From the IMG/VR virus record IMGVR_UViG_3300006483_000020, positions 1 through 55,680 of that record: 55,680 nucleotides of DNA. The stretch is one strand, 5' to 3'. Position 1 is the first letter of the stretch; every line of letters begins with the position of its first letter. The stretch is from a virus. Lineage: Duplodnaviria; Caudoviricetes. The notes under the pieces are model-generated. The model was not told where the DNA came from and searched no databases. It worked only from the letters and a program-made list of their open reading frames with translations. The position numbers and the translations under genes are program-made. Positions 32,301 to 38,765 of this stretch are shown here, in pieces.

Positions 32301-35021
32301 GAAAGCAACGACCAGGACAAGATCAACGAAGCCAAGAAAGAGGTTGATAAATTTGTCGATGATTTCATTTACGGCCTATCTCAAAAAGAAGCAAACATAT
32401 GGCTCGCAAGGAGGAAAATGGATTTAAATACCATGATAAGCAATGGAACTATTGACAGCGACAAGTATGACGAGTTGTTAGATAAAGCCAATAACAAGCA
32501 GAAAAAACTAATAAAAGGCATGCTCTCAATAAGAGAGGATGAGCTTGAAGGAAAGGACTACGCAGGTATCACAGCTCTGGAAGAAGAATTAGGAGAAACT
32601 GCTCAAGCGTATATTGATAAATTCGAGGACGAAGCCGGTAATAAAATCATCAGCGATTTGTGGACCGCAATCAATAAAGCCACAAAATGGACGTTGACAA
32701 AACAGTATCAGACCGGCATGATGAACAAGGACACCTACGATGAACTTACAAGCCGTTACAAGTATTACGTTCCGTTAAGAGGGCACGACAAGGAAACGGC
32801 AGAAGATCGATGGGATTATACACCTGACATGGGTACGTACTTTACTGCCCCTCTTTTGAAAGCAACAGGAAGGCGATCAAGAGCCGAAAGCCCATTTGCC
32901 TACATTGCTCAAATGGCCCATTCTGCAATCACCCAAGGGAACAAGAACACACTGAAACAGGCAATCCTTCGACTTGCACAGAAAGAGAATGGAAATTTAA
33001 TGTCTGCTACCAGGACATGGAAGGTTAATGTAGGAACCGAGGAAAATCCCATTTGGGAAAGACAGAGCGCACCGTACAGCGAAGATCTTGAAACTTACCT
33101 GAACAACCAACGTGCGTTTGAAGAAAGGATGCAGGAGCTCAAGAACGAAGGCATGGCGTTCCAGGGCAGGACAAAACTTAATATCGGGGATCTGTTCATA
33201 AAGCCAAAGCAAGCCGAGCAGCACGAAATACAAGTATTCCAGAACGGTATAAGTCATACTGTTTACATAAATGCTAATCCTGCAATAGCAAGAGCGATAA
33301 ACGGAGCGAACAGGAAAGACATTGCGCAGAACCTTGGATTTTTGGCCAACGTGACGAGAAACATGGCAGCCAACTTTACTACCAGGAACCCATTGTTTAT
33401 CATGACCAACCTTTCACGTGACTACATATTTGCATCGACAATGATACTTGCGAAGGAAACGCCCAAGTATGAAGCGATGTTCCAGGGAAACCTGATTAAA
33501 TCGCTGTCAGCGTTACAAAGGTATGAAAGAGGGAAGGTTGATCTAAACAATCAATCGGACAAGTATTTGTATGAATACCTTGTGAACGGTGGTAAAACAG
33601 GATTCTCTCATATCTTTGAACTCAATCGTGTAGCCAAATCCCTGGAGAGGGAAGCGAAAAAGGGAGGTGAAAAGAACTGGAAAGACCATAGCCGGGCAAT
33701 AATTGACGTTATCGACACATTCAACGAGGTGGCCGAAAACATGACAAGGCTTTCCGTTTATATTACTTCACGTCAAAACGGAAGAAGCATAGCAACCTCA
33801 GTGAATGATGCAAAAAACATTACCGTTAACTTCAATCAGAAAGGTGCGGGATCGAGTGTTGCCAAGAACTCTTTTGAGCGGTTTATTTTAGACATGGCCG
33901 GATGGGTAAGACCTTTATATCTGTTCACCAATGCAGCTATCCAGGCATTGAGCAACGTTGTTAAAGTAACAGCCAAGCATCCTGCAAAGATGGCAAGCAT
34001 AGTAGCTTCATACTCTTTATTGGGATTCATATCCCCCCTGCTTGCTCAATTGTTAGGTGGTGATGATGGAGAGGAAGCATATCTGAAATTGACCGATTGG
34101 GAAAGACAAAACAACTGGTGTATCCTTCTTCCAAACGGATCATTCCTTAAAATACCGCTTCCTCACGAATTGAGGGTATTCCACAGGTTGGGTGATAATA
34201 TTTATCAGTCCGTTGTAGGCAAACAGGATATTCTGCAAACATTGTTAGACACGATGTTTTCAATATCCGATCTTCTTCCCATTAATCCGATGGGTGCAGC
34301 AAACTCAAGTTGGGCCGACTTGTTGCCCGATGTTATCCGTCCGTTTGCTCAAATGGTTACAAACAAAAACTTCATGGGATCACGGATCTACAACGAATGG
34401 GCAAATGAAAACATGCCCGGGTACCTGAAGGCCAGGACAAACAAGAAAGGTGAGTACTACGCACCCAATTTCATGGTTGACTGGTTTAGATACATTGACC
34501 ACATAACCGGTGGAGACAGCGTTAAGAAAGGCGTTATCAGCTTGAATCCAGACATAGTTAACCACCTATTAAGAGGTTATTTTGGTGGACTATACACTCT
34601 TTCAGAGCAGGGAGTAGGTATAGCAAGCGAAGCATATAATTTCACGCAGTCAGGTGAATTCAATATGAAGATCCGGGAAACTCCATTAAAAACATTCTAC
34701 GCTGATAAAAACGACCTTCGTATAGAATCAAGCGGATTGTCGAGCAAATACTATGAAGTATCTGAAAAGGTGAACGAAGCAAGGAGACGGAATAAAGGGT
34801 ACTTTGAAAAAGTGCAGGAAGGCGACATGAGCATTGAAGATTACTCACGCAGGGTACAGGATATGAACATGGAGAATGTGAATTTCCTTTACGACAAGAT
34901 AAGGGAAATTAAAAGGATTGAACAGGATCTGAAAGAAATGGATCCCGAACAACAGAAAGAAGCTGAACAGATGATATTCAACCTAAAAAAAGAGGTTGTT
35001 GATATGAATAATTTACATTAA
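17370..35021 (+). CDS. Giant polyvalent DarB-like virion protein (iPPase-like, N6-adenine MTase, SNF2 helicase, ADP-ribosyltransferase-like, HExxH peptidase-like, LPD38-like C-terminus)
   Basis: Motifs and approximate positions: PTDAQKESGNYKKGH...YGYF...DGDQID (21345); YSGWGG, VLESSAGIG and NVPF (23530-23935); AHEVGTGKT (25860); DEAH (26427); QRMGRILRQGN (27447); WFGNSKVVD...VVYHGT...GFYFT (28680); HENAH (31395); LKIPLPHE...NKNFMGSRI (34150-34390). Confidence 0.9.
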   Translation: MPQDILYFNDGNGNVRQVPANKVDTFKKHFPKAWQAEESQLSSIESQKATKSEQEGKTKITAPQVNTVDMSAMGGGVSLTEGKPLSERASDIYNIHKADPEISFRAKYGAYKEDPSLFRDTENDPSSTPLTSIASEFHKKNKKPGEMESIQDFLTNTDQGRAFVDLDSKRNKYFADLDIQLNKEIENLESSIREKATARQKLIERPVPGTRYGVNPQWLSADERARIDAAKALDVEEADKIATQDDLNIAARNLEELKMLRGAVKDRDTNAVAQFFNEAGRRLPKSLYNIGTMGFGDVIEGLSPTKGGKLSAQSENLLNQYAALHQDDRSIAQDIAQGAVGSLEFMAQFAGAGGVVGGIGKNILKQGVKQAATKGPGRMLRIAGKEVSETLMQTAIMPSTIAMAIENNAQNPGSFLDSFANAYLSNLVEVGSERVGQFIPGPKFKLPSSVQKLQKATGIDGMVGEFLEEQIATAGHSALGDGQAEWSDLIDPRQQLITAGVVGIIQLPYASINAAGYAAGKFRNVNQKRSINKAFTQNMEAMNAVFGTDTEPTIMWLNNAIDQAQQSGEGIASLMASLVNKGEFAEEQTNAMLNYGLSYLAKKGLETAKEEQIQNAQAEAQQLAEQAVNPETNSIILATVPGMEEPTRIQGDVILREDGSIDASKSGEIYYTDAEGKRKVIDPRFIEIVENVPAEQAIEELSAMKAADVVNQHANDEVRPYEAGELVRFTADGNVSMLGQIQGADEAGNYQVIVDGTPTPVIVEPRMIINEDNLQGVDNGVVVDYADEKGNVLTGTVDDMSIRGHGVIVIDGNEIRVENVIGVHSEEETQAPSTIITSEKTPENEGSTIGQTPQNVTETAETEAESQNAAEVQAVQEFPKDKDGNIDYSKITDNNAYVEALRSEFGDEAYNVVDDYRKAAEKALKSVDKINDPIRKRREQARRQAELDRWNSMIEATRPKAKAPTYEEEYNPILTKNTRERESQMGDYLSLRDYLLRNIGTGKLRFMWNSRDGIKGLKDEILSSKNTQMERLRRIAFLDNNGFTPETLAEFISDNNGQDIPEFSTLDVQDIRNEINDVLLSFDTPTDMIEAAEKLRRDDVSLESYIEQNISPDDIANYEANEASQDELLLTLPEQEAPDISEQELNEYYGTEGRIESTERTADTESGIHGRAEQGGQIPLQAASTGIEKTEERATGEQGTRDSLAEPDQERAEHAIAGYDNQEDRATGAERKYSAGQIISINGADHVISEAGTYVGTNDHFYTIEKDGQTVYEDITQDELDKLVSEKTTTEQPSVPSYNGDIVDYARNVVKNEEVKQEAAKVDTNPTDAQKESGNYKKGHVNVQGFDITIENPKGSVRSGVDASGKKWSVEMKNHYGYFKRTEGYDGDQIDTFIGPNPENSAIFVVDQVNNNKSFDESKVMLGFNSIDEAREAYLSNYEAGWQGLGAITETTVDDFKKWLYDGAKQRKAFSEYKENKPEYGANNKIITTDRYNELREQMRKKLNNLNVGFDPEVFSIGAQMAMYHIESGANKFAEFAKRMVDDLGDAIRPYLKASYEGARAMPGMEELSKTMDPYNDVVAFDVNKNFNVQSEYKERKEQISREIDDLIKIRDQKYPNPDIESPMSPEEKELNSRISKLQSDRNQLVLNNRKQNGQKERSTETIEAETETIETASGTIRSESENVGNNKQRAGQVKEKAADQIRKVERLLNEIDQKLASLKLSDKEYSTEGIAADYPINVLAKGPIRKDVTAYVKAVAAMTGLDHDTNSKGKTEVVNINIAPAGGNASFILWSKANPEYGVYVSIPYDPDVNSGGYYDNYKVRDNHILWRVTTKQNKWRGLYNQWLKVDATAQEMAETILKGLDQHLRSIGLQEEVKPVINNMPDAEKNKKVKKKTSKSDIPSLFDIFDENNYDNVSDIQNNSLTLDEGNEEVKPVNSNQNDEPRRRNEETDSSLGTGTRQEVGRTEQGGMDRSGIADNGPDRSGSGRIPGSPDHAEKLQLRNTNNNRNERGKDYSPKSPKARFNANITAIKLMRKLNDSGITVPTKEQMETLRMYSGWGGLGTFFDNDTTENQTLRTLLSDEEYQNASDSVRSAYYTPADVIDSLWDIAERLGFKGGKVLESSAGIGSIIGSMPQNISDRSTIEGVEIDSVSGEILKLLYPDAKIHVQGFENTNIRNGSVDLAITNVPFVTGLNVYDPVDKDLSRKFKNIHDFVIAKNIRKLKEGGIGIFITTKGTLDSSKKLREWIVSNGSADVIGAFRLNNETFEGTGVTSDIIVVRKRVAGKVHDGAINVIETTIERSSEYETDDAKWVRNKGYVREVKEVDLIYNKYFADNPQFMGGEMAFGFEHGDTYRPASISLYPKKGINQNERLYEWVKQFDPLKDEVPVDDKQKVRELEETSIKEGQLFIDSKGNIAISSRGLAEDPGINSNKVKGRPKTEVLKDYNSIKESVDALLKYQIDSPDDSGLKPHLDKLNKAYDDFVSKYGQLNNNTSISWLRKDVDFPAIAALEKYKEHKSIDGKKTINVNKTLVFKQRVIGYKSKPVPKNIKDAVVASVYEYNDINIPYISEALSISEDNVREQILSEGLGFSNPQTGAIEIRHRYLSGNVREKLRIAKDSNVNGEYDANIMELEKVVPMDIPAHLIDMTIGSTWVPPSIFEQYFMDRYGVRLKLHQTEGAWVITPGSKGGQYNDKNRQLGVYSEMFQETIFGDELAYAAMNNRNVVFKKIRKNYDGSQETITDKEASATATRRISEIKADFTDWSQELLTSNEEIAEKIMKTYNDKFNAIVPMSIDEKFIPEKFDGAATFINLYPHQLKSAVRATMQPLFLAHEVGTGKTFTIISAAMEMRRVGTAKKPMIVVQNATIGQFVAEAKTLYPNAKILALSDSDRDKKGRLAFYANIKYNDWDMVIIPQSTFDMIPDSPERQRTFIEEKIDEKIRVIEAMRDVDTDGRIVKQMEDQLEDLYDELAGRSSKKKKKSADRSIAVDNAGARAKEQLDRRTDDVQYFDDLGVDALLVDEAHAYKKLGYETTMARGVKGIDTSRSKRAAGLYIKSRAILEKSGWKNFVLATGTPITNTAAELWTFMRFLLPKDTLIENDMYYFDDFAKNFGSIDQMLEFATSGKYKENTRFAKYINLAELVRIWASVSDTVLTKEAGYINDKVPVMETGQAQDVYLEQSDTLVDVMRAVRKKLEEFDKMSGKEKKQFSYIPIVMYGIAKRAAIDTRLIDKNSPDEPLSKTNKTVDEVLKSLKDTKSYNGTVAVFCDNQNRKDDGVVTFNIFEDIKQKLIDKGVPENQIIIMKSGMNIKQKQKIFADVNEGVARVIMGSTETLGTGVNIQERLHTLIHMDAPDLPMQYTQRMGRILRQGNLHKEWNKPVRVLRFGVVDSLDVTAYQRLQTKSNIIDSVMDGKTIMANAMENRSIEESSESGFGNTVAQLSGSQYALLKNHAEKELQKLLSKRKQHEYDQIYISNQVRRNEGIIRANESIIKDAKDRLSKIKSFFPEGKPKSLSIAGNKIEGKISIEEALKEYVNKPVNEFVENARKNTSYKTSILPFEVKADNVVFTVNVKITRDSAYDEKAKGLRISMRRNISYSSEQLNMEEIPVSGAYAREAINDILENVIPGKDDSERIEYVERSSNRLRAENVSMNARKGKKFELEDDLREAEKKVEEYAVLMQKELEEKEKKYNERGSGKDVDIESIELEDEEIESDETDTGYREDKVKLRLDDESDLEETLPEKITVDGIERSTINSDGKRIAPTREGIINFWRWFGNSKVVDKQGRPIVVYHGTKNIFDAFDESTNKYTGFYFTNDPELADSFAGGNDADPYNGTGNIMPVYLRLENPVIEDFENDSWDGMEKVIKKVKASNHDGYIGKNVYDVEFIANQYVAFSPEQIKSAIGNTGSFDPANNDIRFRMVDESGFYSTVEDALENIRQEKGTPEQFKAMLLKNGAKQAELDWMGWDDFASDINVVSKSDIQDWINQNRIEIKEAQKGNRIKEINEEFEKKKDDWVYNVAYDAYKNGADRNKALFHAENIRNAVSSRDKDQINETADDWNYLSKYNNPDEIDLNEIHDIEEDHMYQQDSFAEETKFSQYTLPGGKNYKELLLTMPIRVKAIDEVTELPSGYEYIKDGTKWGVIPVEQVHARPFSGLHDTKEAAMKSAIEKINRMSVQKAEENAYKDTFKSSHFEESNILAHVRFNEREVNGERVLFLEEIQSDWAQKGKKEGFKRDNVIQAEKSYEEAKAKLDEINNELEDVIKQAQDIGLPVGASSSEWRSFTLGNFKNEEVYRIEYKLESVRNSREWDEYKSMLDEIADKQRKIGEKRLLLIKEANEQEEIVEERKENIDREKSWGELHGVPDMPFKKTDQWVNLALRRMMRYAAENGFDRIAWTTGEQQANRYDLSNQIDEIEVSNAGKDEGYRIYFKKGDYVHNSKIVTESELPDFVGKDLAGKIVADNIPEFKSKTYSGLDLKVGGEGMKAFYDNIVPKAAKKLGKPFGAEVEAIEIPKIGTQQSIPVTDLMKKTALQGMPMFRKSEGKEKPTFKGDIAKFASEMAEWSKDISDSDYNDGLQRIIELAKAYDEAYSPQLKLWAAYDLVDEIDQVFSGGEFKTVALSSRSAMINSMRSHGLSEDQANKLEKSKAKVMGAYYASKVFINIAENKTGADIIGTWIHENAHDFNKNNWDKVVSLESKIDESVIDNYLPGSYKNDDKADKIDELVSFVADEVMFGNDVYDFGDAQNDVIDLVEQYLNKITYGRISKSRIDRWRRGSANENTLADNQGSGAKSYRTDAVRTKTDKQAETLRPGTSGSGGISSKGVRLKSISDVADSVNSKMSEILRKEYDVKYNQFFTRFREAWEDTHLPVKNFLDLLRKNNVEVAEYNDFYKQATHLQGKNDAQLKIFKDTYQHPITLAINAIEQKGFSYRDIENYVFSKHGIERNEYMLKQEAKEEVDKMAINVRNKRMQSNSYLKAIESNDQDKINEAKKEVDKFVDDFIYGLSQKEANIWLARRKMDLNTMISNGTIDSDKYDELLDKANNKQKKLIKGMLSIREDELEGKDYAGITALEEELGETAQAYIDKFEDEAGNKIISDLWTAINKATKWTLTKQYQTGMMNKDTYDELTSRYKYYVPLRGHDKETAEDRWDYTPDMGTYFTAPLLKATGRRSRAESPFAYIAQMAHSAITQGNKNTLKQAILRLAQKENGNLMSATRTWKVNVGTEENPIWERQSAPYSEDLETYLNNQRAFEERMQELKNEGMAFQGRTKLNIGDLFIKPKQAEQHEIQVFQNGISHTVYINANPAIARAINGANRKDIAQNLGFLANVTRNMAANFTTRNPLFIMTNLSRDYIFASTMILAKETPKYEAMFQGNLIKSLSALQRYERGKVDLNNQSDKYLYEYLVNGGKTGFSHIFELNRVAKSLEREAKKGGEKNWKDHSRAIIDVIDTFNEVAENMTRLSVYITSRQNGRSIATSVNDAKNITVNFNQKGAGSSVAKNSFERFILDMAGWVRPLYLFTNAAIQALSNVVKVTAKHPAKMASIVASYSLLGFISPLLAQLLGGDDGEEAYLKLTDWERQNNWCILLPNGSFLKIPLPHELRVFHRLGDNIYQSVVGKQDILQTLLDTMFSISDLLPINPMGAANSSWADLLPDVIRPFAQMVTNKNFMGSRIYNEWANENMPGYLKARTNKKGEYYAPNFMVDWFRYIDHITGGDSVKKGVISLNPDIVNHLLRGYFGGLYTLSEQGVGIASEAYNFTQSGEFNMKIRETPLKTFYADKNDLRIESSGLSSKYYEVSEKVNEARRRNKGYFEKVQEGDMSIEDYSRRVQDMNMENVNFLYDKIREIKRIEQDLKEMDPEQQKEAEQMIFNLKKEVVDMNNLH
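20815..21084 (+). CDS. Candidate nested (+1 frame) helical protein, 89 aa
   Basis: TAACTTTG promoter box at 20758-20765; AT-rich leader; amphipathic E/K/L-rich product; the host frame here is a low-complexity linker. Confidence 0.6.
   Translation: MEPKEELRVLNELLTQKAEFTEEQNREVKFLYKLQVLVLKRLKNVQPENKAHEIALQNLIRKEQNMPLPDMIIRRIELLERNANTPQDK
22327..22452 (+). CDS. Candidate nested (+1 frame) coiled-coil peptide, 41 aa
   Basis: MDKKKEAQRLLKLKQRLLKQHQELSEVNRKMSEIINSEPAR after an A-rich leader; no consensus promoter seen. Confidence 0.45.
   Translation: MDKKKEAQRLLKLKQRLLKQHQELSEVNRKMSEIINSEPAR
23188..23370 (+). CDS. Candidate nested (+1 frame) acidic helical protein, 60 aa
   Basis: TAACTTTG at 23137-23144; MTSREEETKKRTVAWEQEHGKKLEELNREEWIEAVSQIMALTEAEAEEYLDHL...; directly precedes the MTase domain. 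Confidence 0.65.
   Translation: MTSREEETKKRTVAWEQEHGKKLEELNREEWIEAVSQIMALTEAEAEEYLDHLIMQKNFS
31645..31836 (+). CDS. Candidate nested (+1 frame) protein, 63 aa
   Basis: AT-rich leader; TATCTTTG at 31441-31448, about 200 nt upstream; the host frame is an R/G/S-rich linker. Confidence 0.5.
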   Translation: MDELVKVVLTDGEGDQQMRIHLQITKEAEQRAIELMQSEPKPISKQRHCDLVLQAAEEFPVKE

Positions 35022-35055
35022 CAAACGTAACGAAATAATTTAATTGTTTCATTTG
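35019..35055 (+). promoter_or_regulatory. Putative late promoter, copy 2
   Basis: TAACAAAC-N24-ATTTG before the portal gene. Confidence 0.65.
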
Positions 35056-35062
35056 CTTAATT

Positions 35063-37027
35063 ATGGCACGAGAAAGGATTGTAAATATTAAAGTCGCAAA
35101 AAAATACTTCCCCAATAAGGCGGTAATCGATACTGTACGTGATGCACGGAACGAGTATAATGAAAGGCATGACGTACTTGCCGATGCGTTCTCTTCTTGG
35201 AACTCATTGGAGGATCTTCGCATAAAGGAAAAGCGACACGAAAGATATGTGTTCGGTGATCAGTGGGGCGACAGGATCGTAAAGAATGGTGTCGCCATGA
35301 CCGAGAAAACCAACATACTATTACAAGGGAATGTACCCCTTCAGAACAACCGTATCAGAAATATCGTCAGGACCGTTGTAGGGCAATTCCAAAACAATCA
35401 GACAGAGCCGGTTTGCGTTTCCAGGGAGAGGGACGAGCAGGAAATGGGTGAAACCATGTCAAACACCATCCAGTACGTTTATCAAAATAATAAGATGTGG
35501 GGCCTGGATTCTCTGGCCTTGTACAATCTTTTGATTTCAGGCATCCCGGCATTCCGCAGCGAATGGGGAAGGCGTGACGACAGGTGGGACGTGTGGACCG
35601 ATATAGTCGACCTGGAACGTTTTATCATCGACAACAACATGAAGGATCCGAGAGGGCACGATTGTCGCCTTGTGGGAGCCTTGTGGGATATGGGGCTTAA
35701 TGATGTTCTTTCCAAGTTTGCAACCAATGAAGAAGAAAGAGACAAGATCCTTGATATCTACAATCACGTGGGTATGGCAAGCGTTTTCCAGGAATTCACT
35801 TCACGATACACGGACAAGAGGGATGAGCTTAATTTCTTTGTTCCCGAAAATAACCAGTGCCGGGTTATAGAAGTGTGGAGAAAAGAAAGCAAGGAGCGTC
35901 TCGAATGTTGGGATACCAGGAGTGGCGATTATTTCAAAGTTGAACTTGAAGATATAAACAGGATCCGTTGGGAAAATCAGAAAAGGATTTCAAATTACAT
36001 TGATCAAGGCCTGGAAGAAGAAGATTATCGTCTTATAAAGACACGTTGGTTCGTTGATAATTACTGGTATTACTATTTCCTTTCTCCGATGGGTGATGTA
36101 TTGAAGGAAGGCGAAACACCCTATTGGCACAAATCGCATCCGTTTTCATTCAAGATGTATCCACAATACAATGGTAAAGTGTATCCGTTTGTCGGTGATT
36201 TCATTGATCAGCAGAGATTTATCAACAGATACATGATGTTGTACGATTTTATCATCCGCAATTCGGCAAAAGGTGTTCTTGTAGCACCAAGGGAATTGTT
36301 GCAGGAATACACCCAGGAAATGATCAGGGATGAATGGACAAGGGTTGACGGTGTTATCCTGTATAACTCAAAAGCCCTGAATAATTTACCAAACGCAAAG
36401 ATCGAACAGATCAAAAACGCATCCGTACCGGTTGGAATTACGGAAATGATCGCCATGCAGACAAAGATGTTGGAAGAAGTGTCCGGTGTGTCGGGAGCTT
36501 TGCAGGGACAGGCCCCCAAGTCGGGAACACCTTCCTCGCTCTACTTGCAACAGTCGCAAAATTCATCATCATCGCTTACCGAGATCTTTGAATCGTTCCG
36601 GGAGTTAAGGGAATCGAGAGACTGGAAAAATCTTAAACTCGTCCAACAATATTACACAAGCGAAAGAAACATAAATATCAATGGAGGAAATGGAAGATCA
36701 AAAACGATCACATACAATCCTTCAAAGGTTCGTGATATTGAGTTTGATTTAAGCATTACTGAAAGTACTTCAACGGCAGCGTACAGGCAGGTGATAAATG
36801 ACATGCTGCTTCAATTCTGGCAAGCCGGGGCAATCAACCTCAAACAGATGTTGGAGAACGGAGCGTTCCCATTTGCGGACAAGCTGCTTCAGTCTATCGA
36901 ATCGGACAACAAGCAAGCGCAGGAGGAAGCGATGCAGCAGGGTATAGATCCACAAGCTGCTGAACAGGTATATGCACAAGCAAATCCACAAGCAATTGAA
37001 ATGATACAGAAAGGGTTATCAAAATGA
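35063..37027 (+). CDS. Portal protein (P22-like)
   Basis: 654 aa; YVFGDQW...NRIRNIVRTVVG...IDQQRFIN...EVSGVSGALQG pattern of podovirus portals; Q-rich tail. Confidence 0.8.
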   Translation: MARERIVNIKVAKKYFPNKAVIDTVRDARNEYNERHDVLADAFSSWNSLEDLRIKEKRHERYVFGDQWGDRIVKNGVAMTEKTNILLQGNVPLQNNRIRNIVRTVVGQFQNNQTEPVCVSRERDEQEMGETMSNTIQYVYQNNKMWGLDSLALYNLLISGIPAFRSEWGRRDDRWDVWTDIVDLERFIIDNNMKDPRGHDCRLVGALWDMGLNDVLSKFATNEEERDKILDIYNHVGMASVFQEFTSRYTDKRDELNFFVPENNQCRVIEVWRKESKERLECWDTRSGDYFKVELEDINRIRWENQKRISNYIDQGLEEEDYRLIKTRWFVDNYWYYYFLSPMGDVLKEGETPYWHKSHPFSFKMYPQYNGKVYPFVGDFIDQQRFINRYMMLYDFIIRNSAKGVLVAPRELLQEYTQEMIRDEWTRVDGVILYNSKALNNLPNAKIEQIKNASVPVGITEMIAMQTKMLEEVSGVSGALQGQAPKSGTPSSLYLQQSQNSSSSLTEIFESFRELRESRDWKNLKLVQQYYTSERNININGGNGRSKTITYNPSKVRDIEFDLSITESTSTAAYRQVINDMLLQFWQAGAINLKQMLENGAFPFADKLLQSIESDNKQAQEEAMQQGIDPQAAEQVYAQANPQAIEMIQKGLSK

Positions 37028-37530
37028 GCATAATTGTACCATACATATTTACGCACGATCACATACTGGAGGCGGTAAAGCAGGAATCATCACTATATGC
37101 AGTGAGAAAGACAACTGAAGAAGGGGATAGCTTGTTTGAGCAATTCGTTTTTGATGAAGATTATTTTCGCAAGTTCAGGGAATTGTTTTTCGATGCCCAG
37201 GCAATGGTTATTGACCGGTATGGTGCGTACATGCAATACACAACCGATGATGAAGGCGCATATCTTTTTGAGGAATCCGATTTCTCCAAAGACAGGGATT
37301 TCAACTTCTCCTTGCTCATGCCTAACGATTACAACCAGTTTTACAACAAGCACGTGAGCATTAAGACAAGGGAGTTTATTGTTTCGTATATCATGTACCG
37401 TTGGTTGGAAACAAAATCACCGCAGGAAGCTGCATTGTATAAGGACCGCTCCGATAATTCGCTTATGGATGGCCGGGCGTACCTGGAGAAAAGAATTGCG
37501 AGAACAAGGACAGGAGGTAATTTCTTTTGA
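37024..37530 (+). CDS. Hypothetical virion protein
   Basis: 168 aa, coupled to the portal gene. Confidence 0.65.
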   Translation: MSIIVPYIFTHDHILEAVKQESSLYAVRKTTEEGDSLFEQFVFDEDYFRKFRELFFDAQAMVIDRYGAYMQYTTDDEGAYLFEESDFSKDRDFNFSLLMPNDYNQFYNKHVSIKTREFIVSYIMYRWLETKSPQEAALYKDRSDNSLMDGRAYLEKRIARTRTGGNFF

Positions 37531-37533
37531 ATT

Positions 37534-38061
37534 TTAGTCATAGCATTTACCATGCTTCCGGGAAGGGTGTTTGCGAAAATACCCTTTTCTTTTTATAAGA
37601 AAGAACAATGCTCCCAAAATGAAAGAGACAGCGTGTACCATGAACGAGCTTCCGCTATTAAAAAACGACATACCCAACATGAATGCTATTGCAAAGAAAA
37701 ATAACGCCTTCTGTTCATTTGTGGCCGAATTGAAGATTACAACAATTGTCTCCATCCCGAATATGGCATAAATCATCCCGGAGGATCCTACCGTTGGAAT
37801 ATCCCGGATGGCAGCAAAGGAAGCTATTACTGATATAAGGTAAATCACTGTAAATAACATTATCGGACGAACAAACCTTTCCATGGATCGGAACGCAGTT
37901 ATGAATACAAGTGTGTTGATTACAAGGTGTGTTATGCTTGCATGTTGAAAGGAGAATGTAAGGTGTGTCCACAACGAAGACGTGGCAGTGAACCCCAACT
38001 CTTTACCGAAAAGGATGAACACTGCCACATACACAAGTGAGATTACGTACTTAAGAGCCAT
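37534..38061 (-). CDS. Rhomboid family intramembrane serine protease
   Basis: Multiple TM helices; HASITHLVIN (HxxxxHxxxN), catalytic GSSG and a C-terminal His in FMVHAVSFILG. Confidence 0.88.
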   Translation of the reverse strand: MALKYVISLVYVAVFILFGKELGFTATSSLWTHLTFSFQHASITHLVINTLVFITAFRSMERFVRPIMLFTVIYLISVIASFAAIRDIPTVGSSGMIYAIFGMETIVVIFNSATNEQKALFFFAIAFMLGMSFFNSGSSFMVHAVSFILGALFFLIKRKGYFRKHPSRKHGKCYD

Positions 38062-38200
38062 TTTGTCTTTTCCATTCCCTTAATGCTTCAGACAGAGGCA
38101 CCGACCGCCTTACTGAATCTTCGACTTCATTATCCGTAACGGTTTTCCCCTTATGGAAGATACCTGTCAATCGTGTGTAAATCTTTTTAATCCATTTCAT
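38051..38200 (-). CDS. Hypothetical protein (49 aa)
   Basis: MKWIKKIYTRLTGIFHKGKTV...; overlaps both neighbours. Confidence 0.5.
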   Translation of the reverse strand: MKWIKKIYTRLTGIFHKGKTVTDNEVEDSVRRSVPLSEALREWKRQNGS

Positions 38201-38589
38201 CATTGCTTATTCATTAATTTGTAGTATAAAATCATTGCATAATCTTTGTCAAGGTAGAAACGTGGTGCTTTTTGCTTGCTGATTTGTCTTGCGTACCAGG
38301 ATAACGGTTTTTCGCCTGTTTCAAAAAGGAGAACTTTGTACCGTTTGTAAATTTCATCGTGCTTATCCCTGATGTGTTGGAATTTTGACCATTTATGCCG
38401 GTCAGTATTTATCTCCCAGATCAGTCTCTTTATGTGATACTCACTCATGAAAAACGAACTGCATGACGTATTTTCAGCTAACGAGGCAATGTCTTTTGTT
38501 GACATATAACCATTTGCTTCGCTACGGATCTTCTCACAAGCAGCGTAAAACTCCATGTTTTTCTCTCTCTTGAGGTATAGTCTTGCCAT
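38200..38589 (-). CDS. Putative DNA-binding regulator (candidate late activator)
   Basis: Basic 129-aa protein with two similar halves ending CSSFFMS and APRFYLD; divergent from the head operon. Function inferred. Confidence 0.5.
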   Translation of the reverse strand: MARLYLKREKNMEFYAACEKIRSEANGYMSTKDIASLAENTSCSSFFMSEYHIKRLIWEINTDRHKWSKFQHIRDKHDEIYKRYKVLLFETGEKPLSWYARQISKQKAPRFYLDKDYAMILYYKLMNKQ

Positions 38590-38696
38590 ATTATCACCAA
38601 GGATTTAGAACGATATAACTCAAAGTAACAAACATTTACCAAAATATAAAATAAAAACAGCAAATACATATCCACAAAGTGGCTTTAAATTTATTC

Positions 38697-38733
38697 TAAC
38701 ACACGACAAATCAATACTAAAACCCTTTATTTG
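38697..38733 (+). promoter_or_regulatory. Putative late promoter, copy 3
   Basis: TAACACAC-N24-ATTTG before the scaffold and capsid genes. Confidence 0.7.
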
Positions 38734-38765
38734 TGTAAAATAAACGCGCTATAATAAGTTTAAAG

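Noticed and set aside
17590-34848. Other ORFs overlapping the giant gene (e.g. 17590+, 21633-, 26365+, 28199-, 29089+, 29992+)
   Set aside because: They overlie ordinary or conserved coding sequence, lack leaders or promoter boxes, and show shadow-frame composition, unlike the four retained +1 ORFs.
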